Assembly: GCA_963664305.2 (NCBI GenBank)
Contig: CAXXLV010000001.1
Coordinates: 640,001-704,000 of the forward strand
Reading direction: 5' to 3'
Source of the DNA: an uncultured Aliarcobacter sp.
GTDB lineage: Bacteria > Campylobacterota > Campylobacteria > Campylobacterales > Arcobacteraceae
Length of the DNA stretch: 64,000 nucleotides
The position numbers and the translations under genes were made by a program. Shown here in pieces: positions 24,002-33,835 of this stretch; position 1 is the first letter of the stretch, and each line of letters opens with the position of its first letter. The notes beneath the pieces were generated by a model. That model did not search any database, was not told the origin of the DNA, and saw only the letters and a program-made list of their open reading frames with translations.

Positions 24002-25648
24002 TTATATTAAACATTGTTTTTTAGCTAATAACTCATTTAAAATTGAGTGATTTAAAGAGTAATCTACTGCTAAATCAATTAAGTGAACACCTTTACCATT
24101 TACACAAGCATCTAAAGTTTTTTCAAACTCTTCAACTGATGTTGGTCTGTGTCCTGTTGCACCATAAGATTCTGCATATTTAACAAAATCTGGGTTTCCT
24201 AAATCTAAACCAAATGTTTCGAATCCCATACCTGTTTGTTTCCATTTAATCATACCGTATGCATTGTCATTTAAGATAATAACTGTTAAATCTAATCCTA
24301 ATCTTACAGCTGTTTCTAACTCTTGAGAGTTCATCATAAATCCACCATCACCACAAACAGCAACAACTTTTTTCTCTGGATTTATCATTTTTGCAGCCAT
24401 TCCTGAAGGAAGTCCAGCACCCATAGTTGCAAGCGCATTATCTAATAAAAGTGTATTTGGTTGAGCACATCTATAGTTTCTTGCAAACCAGATTTTATAA
24501 ACACCATTATCAAGTGTTACGATATCTTCTGGATTTAAAGTTTGTCTAATAGCACGTACTGCTCTTTGAGGTAAAATTGGGAATCTATTATCACCAAAAT
24601 ATTTTGATAATCTAGTTCTAATTTCATCTGCTAATCTTGCATAGTAATCAAAATCCCAGTGAGATTGAGCAGTGATTGCTTCTGTAATTTCTTGAATACT
24701 TCCAGCAATATCACCAACTACGTCTAATTGTGGGAAATATGTATCATCAACTTCTGATGGGAAGAAATTAACGTGAATAACTTTTGTAGCATCTGGTTTA
24801 TTTTCCATGAAAAATGGTGGTTTTTCAATTACATCGTGACCTACATTGATGATTAAATCTGCTCTTTCAATTGCGCAGTGAATAAAGTCATCTTTAGAAA
24901 GTGCTGCAGTTGATAAACATAATGGGTGATTTTCATCAATAACACCTTTACCCATTTGAGTAGAGAAGAATGGCATTCCAGTTTTGTTTACAAAATCAGT
25001 TAATGCTGTACCAATTCTAGTTCTATTAGCACCTGCACCAATTAATAATAATGGTCTTTTTGCTTTTTCAATCATTGAAACTGCATCAGCAACAGCTGCT
25101 TCACAAGCAGTTGGATATTTGAAAGGTTTTACTGGATAGATATTAAATTCAACTTCTTCAGCTGCAATATCTTCTGGTAATTCAATATGAACTGCACCTG
25201 GTCTTTCAGTAGTTGCAATTTTAAATGCTTCTCTAACCATAGAAGGAATGTTATTACCATTTACAACTTGTTTAGCATATTTAGTCATTGGTTTCATCAT
25301 ACCAACGATATCAACGATTTGGAATCTACCTTGTTTAGATTTTTTGATTGGTTTTTGCCCTGTAATCATCATCATTGGCATACCACCAAGTTGTGCATAA
25401 GCAGCACTTGTAGCAAAGTTAGTAGCTCCAGGCCCAAGAGTAGAGATACAAACTCCAACTTTTCCTGTTAATCTTCCATAAGTTGCAGCCATAAATCCTG
25501 CACCTTGCTCATGTCTTGTTAAAATAAGTTTGATATTTGAAGTTCTTAAGGCCTCAAGAAAATCAAGATTTTCTTCACCTGGAATTCCAAAAATATACTC
25601 AACACCTTCGTTTTCTAATGCTTTTATGAATAATTCTGATGCATTCAT
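24002..25648 (-). CDS. ThDP-dependent acetolactate-synthase-like enzyme (PGEENL clade)
   Basis: FGIPGEENL, RHEQGA, GPGATN, GDGGF…N ThDP motif; GGAG RBS favours start at 25648. Confidence 0.88.
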   Translation of the reverse strand: MNASELFIKALENEGVEYIFGIPGEENLDFLEALRTSNIKLILTRHEQGAGFMAATYGRLTGKVGVCISTLGPGATNFATSAAYAQLGGMPMMMITGQKPIKKSKQGRFQIVDIVGMMKPMTKYAKQVVNGNNIPSMVREAFKIATTERPGAVHIELPEDIAAEEVEFNIYPVKPFKYPTACEAAVADAVSMIEKAKRPLLLIGAGANRTRIGTALTDFVNKTGMPFFSTQMGKGVIDENHPLCLSTAALSKDDFIHCAIERADLIINVGHDVIEKPPFFMENKPDATKVIHVNFFPSEVDDTYFPQLDVVGDIAGSIQEITEAITAQSHWDFDYYARLADEIRTRLSKYFGDNRFPILPQRAVRAIRQTLNPEDIVTLDNGVYKIWFARNYRCAQPNTLLLDNALATMGAGLPSGMAAKMINPEKKVVAVCGDGGFMMNSQELETAVRLGLDLTVIILNDNAYGMIKWKQTGMGFETFGLDLGNPDFVKYAESYGATGHRPTSVEEFEKTLDACVNGKGVHLIDLAVDYSLNHSILNELLAKKQCLI

Positions 25649-25887
25649 TTTAGTCTCCATTAATTTTTTAAAAATAATAATTGATAATCACATTCCATAA
25701 CTATTTAATTCTTATTAAATTACACTAATATTTTATTTTGAATATGATACTTTTTTATTGTTATTATACAACTCGCGAATTATAGTTGATTAACACTTAA
25801 TATTATAACCATATTACTCCATATAGTTTAGATAATATTAATAATATTTTGTATACTATAATTCAATATTTAACAAAAGGTTACACT

Positions 25888-26481
25888 ATGAAGAAAATTT
25901 TACTAATTTTGTTACTTGCAATAGTCTTGCCATTTACATATTTAATTGTTGCAAATTACAACAATATTCCAAAGCTTGACGAAAATGTAAAAGAAAAATG
26001 GTCACAAGTACAAAATCAATACAAAAGAAGAGCTGATTTAATCCCAAATCTTGTTGAAACAGTAAAAGCTTATGCTGCACATGAAAAAAGTACATTTGTT
26101 GAAGTAACAGAAGCAAGAAGTAAAGTATCTGCTATAAATATCAATGAAAATACACTTAATAATCCTGCACTTTTACAGCAATTTGATAGTGCACAAGCTG
26201 GATTAACTAGTGCTTTATCAAAACTTATGGTTGTTGTTGAAAAATATCCTGAACTTAAAGCAAATGAAAATTTTATGGCTCTTCAATCACAACTTGAAGG
26301 AACTGAAAATAGAATTACAGTTGCAAGACGAGATTTTATTGAAGCTGTAAAACTTTATAATTTAGAATTAAGAACCATGCCAGGAAAACTTGTAGCGGCC
26401 ATTGCTCATCCTGAAGCACAAATCAAAGAAACTTTTACAGCTAGTCCAACGGAGCAAGAAGCTCCAAAAGTAAAATTCTAA
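25888..26481 (+). CDS. LemA family protein
   Basis: QYKRRADLIPNLV, YPELKAN, LEGTENRI. Confidence 0.93.
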   Translation: MKKILLILLLAIVLPFTYLIVANYNNIPKLDENVKEKWSQVQNQYKRRADLIPNLVETVKAYAAHEKSTFVEVTEARSKVSAININENTLNNPALLQQFDSAQAGLTSALSKLMVVVEKYPELKANENFMALQSQLEGTENRITVARRDFIEAVKLYNLELRTMPGKLVAAIAHPEAQIKETFTASPTEQEAPKVKF

Positions 26482-27098
26482 TGATTTTAAACGATAAAGA
26501 AAAAAAACTAATTTCAGAAGAGATAGAAAATCTTGAAAAATTTTCTTCTGCTGAATTAGTCGCAGTTATAACTCAAAAGAGTTCTGATTATAAATATGCT
26601 GCACTTTTGATTTCAATATTTTTTGTTTTTGCTTTTTCTTTTGTTATCTATTTTTTAAAAGAGTTATCTACTTTAGAACTACTTCAATATCAACTTTTGA
26701 TTTTTGTAGGGATAAATTTATTATTTGAAAATTATAAAAAATTAATTTTAACTATTTTACCTCAAAGTTACAAATATCAAAAAGCATCTTTATATGCAAT
26801 TGAACAATTTAATAATTTAGGATTAAATAGAACAAAAACAAAACAAGCAATTATGTTTTTTGTTAGTTTAGATGAAAAGTATGTAAAAATCATAACTGAC
26901 TCTGAAATTTCAAAAAAAATACCTGATGAATTTTGGCATCAGTTGGTACATGAATTTATAAGTGATGTAAAAAAAGAGGATTTCTTAAATGGTTATTTAA
27001 AAGCTCTAAAAACATCAAAAGCTATTTTAACACAACATTTTCCAATTCAAGAAAATGATATAAATGAATTATCAAATGAAGTAATTGAGTTAAAATGA
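26481..27098 (+). CDS. TPM-domain membrane protein
   Basis: E…SSAELVAV, HFP…DINELSN; typical LemA operon member. Confidence 0.82.
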   Translation: MILNDKEKKLISEEIENLEKFSSAELVAVITQKSSDYKYAALLISIFFVFAFSFVIYFLKELSTLELLQYQLLIFVGINLLFENYKKLILTILPQSYKYQKASLYAIEQFNNLGLNRTKTKQAIMFFVSLDEKYVKIITDSEISKKIPDEFWHQLVHEFISDVKKEDFLNGYLKALKTSKAILTQHFPIQENDINELSNEVIELK

Positions 27099-28003
27099 AA
27101 AAAATTATATTAATCTTACTTTTTATTTTTAATTTTTTAAATGCTGATATAACTCAATATTTTCCTAAACTTGATGGAAGAGTAATTGATGAAGCTAACT
27201 TACTATCAAATCCAGTTAAAAAAGATTTAAACCTAATCTTAAAAGAGGAAGAAGATAAAAGTTCAAATCAAGTTGTAGTTGTTATTTTAAACTCTTTAAA
27301 TGGATATACAATTGAAGAATACTCTTATCAACTTGGAAGATATTGGGGAATAGGACAAAAAGATAAAAACAATGGTGTTTTACTTGTAATTTCTATGGAA
27401 GAACGAAAAATTAGAATAGAAGTTGGTTATGGACTTGAAGGTGCATTGACAGATAAAATAGCCCATGAAATTATTAATTATACGATTAAACCCAACTTTA
27501 AAGCAAATCAATATGAACTTGGAATTTTAAAGGCAATAAATGAAATAAAAGCTGCAATAAAAGGTGAATATGTTGCAAAAGCAAAAACAGGAGATGATTT
27601 TAATTCTGCTTTTAATGCAATTATTCCTTTAGCTTTTGGTGCACTAATCTTTTTTTCAATGATTGCAAATAGTGTTTCAAGGGAGTTAAGAAATCAATTT
27701 TTATACAAAACTTCAAAATCATCTATCTCTTCATCTTTCTTTGGTTTTTTTGCTTATGTGAGTTCCCAACCTTTTACAACTTATAATTTTTTAGTTGCAC
27801 TTGTTATTTTTATAATTGTGTTTATATTTAATTTTATAATCTCAGAAAAAGTAGATTTTGATAAACTTGCAAAAGAGAATTATACAAATAGTTCATCAGG
27901 ATTTGGTGGTTTTGGCTCATCTTCATCTTCAAGTGGTGGATTTGGTGGATTCTCTGGTGGCGGAGGAAGTTTTGGAGGAGGAGGCGCAAGTGGCGGCTGG
28001 TAA
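27095..28003 (+). CDS. TPM-domain (YgcG-like) protein with a Gly-rich tail
   Basis: RVIDEANLL, WGIGQK, RIEVGYGLEG, GGGSFGGGGASGGW. Confidence 0.9.
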   Translation: MKKIILILLFIFNFLNADITQYFPKLDGRVIDEANLLSNPVKKDLNLILKEEEDKSSNQVVVVILNSLNGYTIEEYSYQLGRYWGIGQKDKNNGVLLVISMEERKIRIEVGYGLEGALTDKIAHEIINYTIKPNFKANQYELGILKAINEIKAAIKGEYVAKAKTGDDFNSAFNAIIPLAFGALIFFSMIANSVSRELRNQFLYKTSKSSISSSFFGFFAYVSSQPFTTYNFLVALVIFIIVFIFNFIISEKVDFDKLAKENYTNSSSGFGGFGSSSSSSGGFGGFSGGGGSFGGGGASGGW

Positions 28004-28646
28004 AAAAACAATAATATTTGATTTAGATGGAACATTAATAGACTCTTTAGAAGATATTGCAGTATGTATGAATAAAGTTTTAGAAGATTTAAATCTTCCT
28101 ATTCACAAAATTGATGATTATAAATATTTTGTAGGAAGTGGTATTGATGTATTGGTTGAAAATGCATTAAAAGGTCATTCATTAGAGATAAAAAATGAAG
28201 TTTTAAATAGATTTAAAAAAGAGTATGATCAAAAGCTTCATAAAAATACAAAACCTTACGAAGGTATTTATGAGTTATTAGATGAACTTAAAAAGCTTGA
28301 TTATAATCTTGCTGTTTTATCAAATAAACCTCATGATTTTACAGTGCAATATGTAGATTATTTATTTAAAGACTATGGTTTCAAAGAGGTTCATGGACAA
28401 AAAGTTGAAGTTCCAAGAAAACCACATCCAATTGGAGCAATAACTATAGCTGAGGCTTTAAATGTTCCTTGTGAAGAGGTATTTTTTGTAGGAGATACTT
28501 TAGTTGATATGAAAACTGCAAAAGGTGCTAATATGAAAGCAATTGGTGTTTTATGGGGATTTAGAGATGAAAAAGAACTAAATGAACATGGCGCAGATTT
28601 TATAGTAAAACATCCTTTAGATATTTTAGAAATTGTAAAGAAGTAA
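27990..28646 (+). CDS. HAD hydrolase (phosphoglycolate-phosphatase-like)
   Basis: IFDLDGTL, LSNK, KP, VGD; GTG start at 27990 after GGAGGAGG. Confidence 0.88.
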   Translation: MAAGKKTIIFDLDGTLIDSLEDIAVCMNKVLEDLNLPIHKIDDYKYFVGSGIDVLVENALKGHSLEIKNEVLNRFKKEYDQKLHKNTKPYEGIYELLDELKKLDYNLAVLSNKPHDFTVQYVDYLFKDYGFKEVHGQKVEVPRKPHPIGAITIAEALNVPCEEVFFVGDTLVDMKTAKGANMKAIGVLWGFRDEKELNEHGADFIVKHPLDILEIVKK

Positions 28647-28655
28647 AAAACTTCT

Positions 28656-29465
28656 TTACTCTTTTTCATAACCCATTTTTTTCAAAATCTCTATAACACT
28701 AGAACCATTCTTTTCAGCAATATCTTTAAATTTATCATCTTTTTTTGCATCTATTCCTAGATTTTTTAATTTCAAAATAAACTCTTGAGTTGATATATTT
28801 AAATCAAAAGCTAACTCTTCTACTGTTTTTTTACCTAAACCAGTTAAAGGTAAAGTTTTATTACTGTTTTTTAAATTCTTTTTTAGAAGCTCATAAATAA
28901 AACTAGCACTTATGTCATTTTCTTTTGCTATTTGAGCTAAACTTTTTTCCTCTTCAAATAAGATATTGTTTTTTGTCAAAATATTTTTTGATTCTTCTAA
29001 ATCTAAGCCAACTTTATTTACAAAACTTTTCAAAGATGATAATTCAGCATGTTGATATGGAGCAGATACAACACCTTTTTCCCAAGAGTTTTTTATTTTA
29101 TCTCCAAAATTTAAAAAAGTCGAAAATGGTACAACTTCATAAATTGTTCCTACTAAAAATAAAACAAAAAGAATTAATGAAACTATCATCTCTTTTGTAA
29201 AAAGAACAAACTCTCTTAAATCATTTTTCATATAACTTATCATTGGTCTAAAATTATAAAAAATATGAAGAAGTGTTGCAACAACAAATAAAACCATAAA
29301 TGTTGTATGAATATTTGCAATTAACTCTTTTGTTAATCCAAATATTTGCCAATTTGTCCAGTTTGCAACTCTTCCAGGAGGTGTAATAAAAAGTAGAATT
29401 CCAGTGAATGTCATTGCTAACATACTTAATAGCATCGTTAATGAAGTGATTTTCTTTAAGCTCAT
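28656..29465 (-). CDS. DUF4405-domain membrane protein
   Basis: TGILLF.TPPGRVA.W, two His in TM helices (IHT, LHI), repeated C-terminal helical units. Confidence 0.75.
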   Translation of the reverse strand: MSLKKITSLTMLLSMLAMTFTGILLFITPPGRVANWTNWQIFGLTKELIANIHTTFMVLFVVATLLHIFYNFRPMISYMKNDLREFVLFTKEMIVSLILFVLFLVGTIYEVVPFSTFLNFGDKIKNSWEKGVVSAPYQHAELSSLKSFVNKVGLDLEESKNILTKNNILFEEEKSLAQIAKENDISASFIYELLKKNLKNSNKTLPLTGLGKKTVEELAFDLNISTQEFILKLKNLGIDAKKDDKFKDIAEKNGSSVIEILKKMGYEKE

Positions 29466-29556
29466 AATAACTCCTTATTATGGGAAAATTATAACATCAA
29501 TTTATAAAAATCTTTATTGTAATTTTTTTGATATAATATTTTTTTAAAGGATTAAA

Positions 29557-29778
29557 ATGGGTGATAAATATATTCCAATTGCATGTCAGTTATATGATAG
29601 ACTTGAAGAGTTAGCTGTAAAAAAAATCAAAACTAAAATTACCTATCTTGACTATTATGAAGAAAAAATAGTTGAAGATTTTATTGTAGATTTTAGAACA
29701 AAAAATAAAGAAGAGTATTTGATACTTTCAAGTGGATTAGAAATCCGACTTGATAAGATAAAAGAATTAATTTCTTAA
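29557..29778 (+). CDS. Rof/YaeO-like Rho-binding protein
   Basis: YIPIACQLYDRLE…EEYLIL…EIRLDKI resembles Rof (YQPINC..YD.LE…EYL…LRLDKI). Confidence 0.75.
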   Translation: MGDKYIPIACQLYDRLEELAVKKIKTKITYLDYYEEKIVEDFIVDFRTKNKEEYLILSSGLEIRLDKIKELIS

Positions 29779-29996
29779 GCTAATATCTTTACATCTTTTA
29801 TAAATTTTTCCATTCCCATTGGGTCAGGAACTATAAAAGAGATAATCCCTTCGTTTACAATTGCTTTTGCTTTTGCTTGTTCAACTGTTTCTTCACCGTT
29901 AAAATAATCTTTGTTTAAATATTCAACCAAATATTCTAAACCTTCTAATATGTTTAATCTTTTTAGTTCTTCTTGAGTATTTGCAATAAAGCTCAT
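29775..29996 (-). CDS. Hypothetical protein
   Basis: ORF with AGGGG RBS; start uncertain (29996 or 30002). Confidence 0.55.
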   Translation of the reverse strand: MSFIANTQEELKRLNILEGLEYLVEYLNKDYFNGEETVEQAKAKAIVNEGIISFIVPDPMGMEKFIKDVKILA

Positions 29997-30081
29997 TTTC
30001 ATTCCCCTGTTTAAAAATTTTAATTCTACCAAACAATTTACTCACAAAAGACTTTTTTATAAAATATTTATCTTTTTAAAA

Positions 30082-30110
30082 GGTTGTATATGCAACTATT
30101 GCATATACAA
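30082..30110. promoter_or_regulatory. Putative MarR operator
   Basis: TTGTATATGCAA-CTA-TTGCATATACAA inverted repeat just upstream of the marR RBS. Confidence 0.75.
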
Positions 30111-30123
30111 TTAAAGGATTATT

Positions 30124-30552
30124 ATGGCTTATGAATTAGAAAAATCACTTGGTTTCAAAATAAACCAAACAGCAAATAAAATAAATAATAAGTTTACAAA
30201 ACTTCTTAATAATTTTGACATAGCACCTGAACAAAGGGCAGCTTTAGAGATTATAAAATATGAAAAAGATGTAAACCAAACAAAAATTGCAAATATTTTA
30301 GGTAAAGATAAAACTACTATTAGTAGAACTCTTAGCGCTTTAGAAAAAAAAGGTTTTATTTCAAAAAAACAAATTGATAAAAGAACAAATTTGATAGAAC
30401 TTACAAAACTTGGAAATGAAATTTTAGAAAAAAGTGCAACTCAAGTTAAAGAGTTTAGAACAAATTTATTTTCAAATTTAGAAAATGAAGAAGTAACTTC
30501 ACTTATTGATTTACTTGAAAAAGTTGCTTCAAATGTTGAAGAGAAACAATGA
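30124..30552 (+). CDS. MarR family regulator
   Basis: NQTKIANILGKDKTTISRTLSALEKKGFI…DKR…LTKLG. Confidence 0.92.
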   Translation: MAYELEKSLGFKINQTANKINNKFTKLLNNFDIAPEQRAALEIIKYEKDVNQTKIANILGKDKTTISRTLSALEKKGFISKKQIDKRTNLIELTKLGNEILEKSATQVKEFRTNLFSNLENEEVTSLIDLLEKVASNVEEKQ

Positions 30553-31700
30553 AAAAATCAATTAATCATATATATCTAATCATTTTATTATCTGTTTTAT
30601 CATCTGTTGCTCCAATGGGAATAGATACATATTTACCCTCTATTCCAGAAATTGCAAAATCACTTTTAGTTAGTATTGATAAAATAGAATTATCTTTATC
30701 AATCTTTTTAATAGGTTTTTCTGTAGGACAAATTTTTGGTGGACCAATCTCTGATAGATATGGAAGAAAACTTAGTTCTATTTTTGGTCTTTTGGGTTAT
30801 GCATTATTTAGTTTTATAATCATTTTTAGTTCTACTATTTATGAATTATGGATTTATAGATTCTTTGAAGCATTCTTTGGAGGAATTGTAGTTGTAAATG
30901 CTGCTGCTGCTGTAAGAGATAGATTTCATGGGGCTGAAGCTGCAAAAGTATTTTCATTGATAGGAATTGTAAGAAGTTTAGCTCCACTTTTAGCACCTGC
31001 AATTGGAGCAGCAATTATTCACTTTTTCTCTTGGGAAGCGGTGTTTATATTTTTAACTATCTATGCATTAATTGTTGCATTTTTTGTATATAAAGATTTG
31101 CCAGAAAGTTATACTTATGTAAAACAAAATATTTTTGAATCGTATAAAATAGTACTAAAACATAAAACTGCTATGAAAGCTATGCTAACACTTGGATTTA
31201 GTTTTGGTGGTTTTTTTATAATTATTGCTAAGACTTCATTTATCTATATCGAACATTTTAAAATTGAAACAGATTATTTTCCTTTTTTCTTTGGGATAAA
31301 CTTTATTTTATTAATTTTGATGATAAAAGTAAATGTAAACTTACTAAAAAAATACAATGATTTACTTATTTTAAAAACAGCTATTCTTGTGCAAATTATT
31401 GTTGGTATTATATTTACATTAACGCAAGAAAATATCAGTTTGATTTTAATAGTAATTTTAATTGCATCTTATATGAGTATGATGGCTTTCATTTTTGGTA
31501 ATTGTATGGCTTTAGCTTTAGAACATTTTCCTAAAAATGCAGGTGTTGCTTCTGGAGTAATTGGTGTTTTACAATTTGGTTTAGGAGCTATTATTTCATC
31601 TTTAGCTCTTAGTTTTCATAACGATACTTTTTTACCAATATCTTTAAGTATCACAATTATTTCAATAATCTCTTATTTGATTATTAGAACATATAAATAA
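30549..31700 (+). CDS. Bcr/CflA-family MFS drug efflux transporter
   Basis: DTYLPSIP, GPISDRYGRK, APAIG motifs. Confidence 0.9.
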   Translation: MKKSINHIYLIILLSVLSSVAPMGIDTYLPSIPEIAKSLLVSIDKIELSLSIFLIGFSVGQIFGGPISDRYGRKLSSIFGLLGYALFSFIIIFSSTIYELWIYRFFEAFFGGIVVVNAAAAVRDRFHGAEAAKVFSLIGIVRSLAPLLAPAIGAAIIHFFSWEAVFIFLTIYALIVAFFVYKDLPESYTYVKQNIFESYKIVLKHKTAMKAMLTLGFSFGGFFIIIAKTSFIYIEHFKIETDYFPFFFGINFILLILMIKVNVNLLKKYNDLLILKTAILVQIIVGIIFTLTQENISLILIVILIASYMSMMAFIFGNCMALALEHFPKNAGVASGVIGVLQFGLGAIISSLALSFHNDTFLPISLSITIISIISYLIIRTYK

Positions 31701-31713
31701 AAGGATTTTTTAA

Positions 31714-31941
31714 ATGATTATAAGAAGAAAATACGAAAGAATAGTTTTTGCTTTTGTGATGAGTTTTATCATGAGTTTCATCATGAGTTTTGTGATTACT
31801 TTTATCAATCTTGGTTTTATTGATGGATTTATATTGATTTGGCTTGAAGCTTGGGTAAAGGCCTTTTTTGTAGCTTTTCCAGTTATTACTATTATTTCAC
31901 CATTGGTAAAATATTTAGTTCATAAATTATTAAAAGATTAG
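31714..31941 (+). CDS. DUF2798 family small membrane protein
   Basis: MSFIMSFIMSFVIT…WLEAW…AFP. Confidence 0.8.
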   Translation: MIIRRKYERIVFAFVMSFIMSFIMSFVITFINLGFIDGFILIWLEAWVKAFFVAFPVITIISPLVKYLVHKLLKD

Positions 31942-31960
31942 GAAATTTCCTAATCTTTTA
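31931..31960. terminator. Perfect 30-bp palindrome, probable bidirectional terminator
   Basis: TAAAAGATTAGGAAA-TTTCCTAATCTTTTA spanning the stop codons of two convergent genes. Confidence 0.7.
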
Positions 31961-32341
31961 CACTTCTAAATCAAAAAATGATTCTTCAACTTTTTGATAT
32001 TTTGCAACAGAACAAGTGATTTTTATCGCATTATCATAATCTTTAAACTCTTCTATAAAAAGTTTTTGTAATTTTTCAGTTTCTACTGCTCTAAAAATAA
32101 AATATCCTAAAACTTCAGTTCCTCTTGAACCTGCTTTTTCTATTCCAAAACTATCAAATTTCCAGTCAATTCCTCTTGTAAAAAAGAAAACTTCTGTAAT
32201 TCTTTTTTCTAACTCTTCTCTTACTTTATTATCATAAGCTTTTAAATGTACGTAAAAAGCTACATTTGTATTAAATTCTGATTGAACTAATTTTTCTTGT
32301 TCAGTTGTTGTTGGTTTTTCTATTAAGTTTATATTGCTCAT
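31958..32341 (-). CDS. Hypothetical protein
   Basis: ORF with plausible composition; start at 32341 or 32368. Confidence 0.6.
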   Translation of the reverse strand: MSNINLIEKPTTTEQEKLVQSEFNTNVAFYVHLKAYDNKVREELEKRITEVFFFTRGIDWKFDSFGIEKAGSRGTEVLGYFIFRAVETEKLQKLFIEEFKDYDNAIKITCSVAKYQKVEESFFDLEV

Positions 32342-32522
32342 TTTTAAATGCTTTCCTAGTTTTTTCATATTATATTAAACTTTTTTGAAATAAAACTTGT
32401 AATATTTAAATAAACAAATTTATTTTAGCTATTTTTCAAGTTTTAATAAAATAATTAATTTATTTATTCTCTTATTTAATATTTAATCATATATAATCTT
32501 TTAACTACACAGAGGGTAAATT

Positions 32523-33359
32523 ATGGAACAAGAGATTAAAAATATTTCTATCGTTTGGAAATCAGAATATAATATAAATAACTTTTTAATAGATAGAGAA
32601 CATCAAGACTTATTTTCTATAGCACGAGAAGCTTTAACTATTTCAAAATTGAAAAATGACAAAGAGCAAATTGAAAAGTTAAAAACAATCATAACAAAAC
32701 TATTTACATACACAAAAATTCATTTCTCAAATGAACAACAATATATGGATTCAATATCTTATCCAGATTTAGAAGAACACAAGTTTTTACATAAAAATAT
32801 GTTAAATATGCTTACAAATCTTATTTCAGAATTAAACACTATGGAATTAGAAAAAATCCAAAAATCTCTATTTAATTTTATTGAAGAATATTTTATTAGA
32901 CATATTATTTTAGAAGATAAAAAAATTCAACTTTGGAATACAAATATTGATGATTTGAAAAAGAATTTTGGTTGGAAAGAGATTTATAGTGTGCAAAATC
33001 CTATGATTGATACTGAACACAAAAAATTATTTGAGATTGCACAAGAAGCTTTTATAGATGTTGATCCTCTTCAAAAATCAATAAAAATCAAAAATGTATT
33101 GACAAAATTGTACGACTATATGAAAACTCATTTTAAACATGAAGAAGAATATATGAAAGAGATTAACTATCCTTTAATAGAAGAACATAAAAAACTTCAT
33201 CACAAAATAATTGAAGATATAAATAGTTTAGTAAGAAGACTTCCAAGCCTAAATGAAGAATTATTTGAAAAAGAACTTGCAAAACTAATAGATATTGCAC
33301 TTGTTCATCATATAATTCAAGAAGATAGAAAAATAATTAGTTGGGTAAAAAATTATTAG
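32523..33359 (+). CDS. Tandem two-domain bacteriohemerythrin
   Basis: Two copies of ID.EH…HF..E..YM…YP…H…H…HI..ED. Confidence 0.9.
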   Translation: MEQEIKNISIVWKSEYNINNFLIDREHQDLFSIAREALTISKLKNDKEQIEKLKTIITKLFTYTKIHFSNEQQYMDSISYPDLEEHKFLHKNMLNMLTNLISELNTMELEKIQKSLFNFIEEYFIRHIILEDKKIQLWNTNIDDLKKNFGWKEIYSVQNPMIDTEHKKLFEIAQEAFIDVDPLQKSIKIKNVLTKLYDYMKTHFKHEEEYMKEINYPLIEEHKKLHHKIIEDINSLVRRLPSLNEELFEKELAKLIDIALVHHIIQEDRKIISWVKNY

Positions 33360-33414
33360 CTTATTTTTATTCTAAGATGATACAATTCCGCACTTTATTT
33401 TAAGGATTATTATT

Positions 33415-33768
33415 ATGAAAAAAATTATTTTAGCATCTGCATTATCTGTTTGCACATTATTAGCTTTTGATATTGGTGGAGCATTAAAAAATGCTGGTAC
33501 AGCTGCTGGAACTGCTGCACTAAATGGTGACACAGATGTAAAATCACTTTCAAAAACTGCTGCAGGTTCAGCTGGATTAACATCAGAAGCTTTAGGAGAA
33601 AAATTAGCAACTACAGTAAAATCAAACAATACAGCTGTTTCTTCTATGGATAAAGCAAAAGAGTTATGTTCTCAAGCTTCAACTGTTCAATCAATCGCAA
33701 ATATTGATAGCACAATTGTAAAAGAAGCTATTTCAATCTGCTCTGAAAAAGTTATGGAAACTAAATAA
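33415..33768 (+). CDS. Hypothetical exported protein
   Basis: Signal peptide MKKIILASALS; AAGGA RBS; Cys pair. Confidence 0.7.
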   Translation: MKKIILASALSVCTLLAFDIGGALKNAGTAAGTAALNGDTDVKSLSKTAAGSAGLTSEALGEKLATTVKSNNTAVSSMDKAKELCSQASTVQSIANIDSTIVKEAISICSEKVMETK

Positions 33769-33835
33769 TTATTTATAATTTATAAAAAGATGAAAGATTT
33801 ACCTCTTCTCTTTTTATAAAACTCAAATACTTCAC

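Noticed and set aside
25672..25697. Fur-box-like TAATTGATAATCACATT and a 12-codon upstream ORF before the ThDP enzyme
   Set aside because: Only a half-site match in very AT-rich DNA; the short ORF has no clear Ile/Val/Leu control run and no attenuator hairpin.
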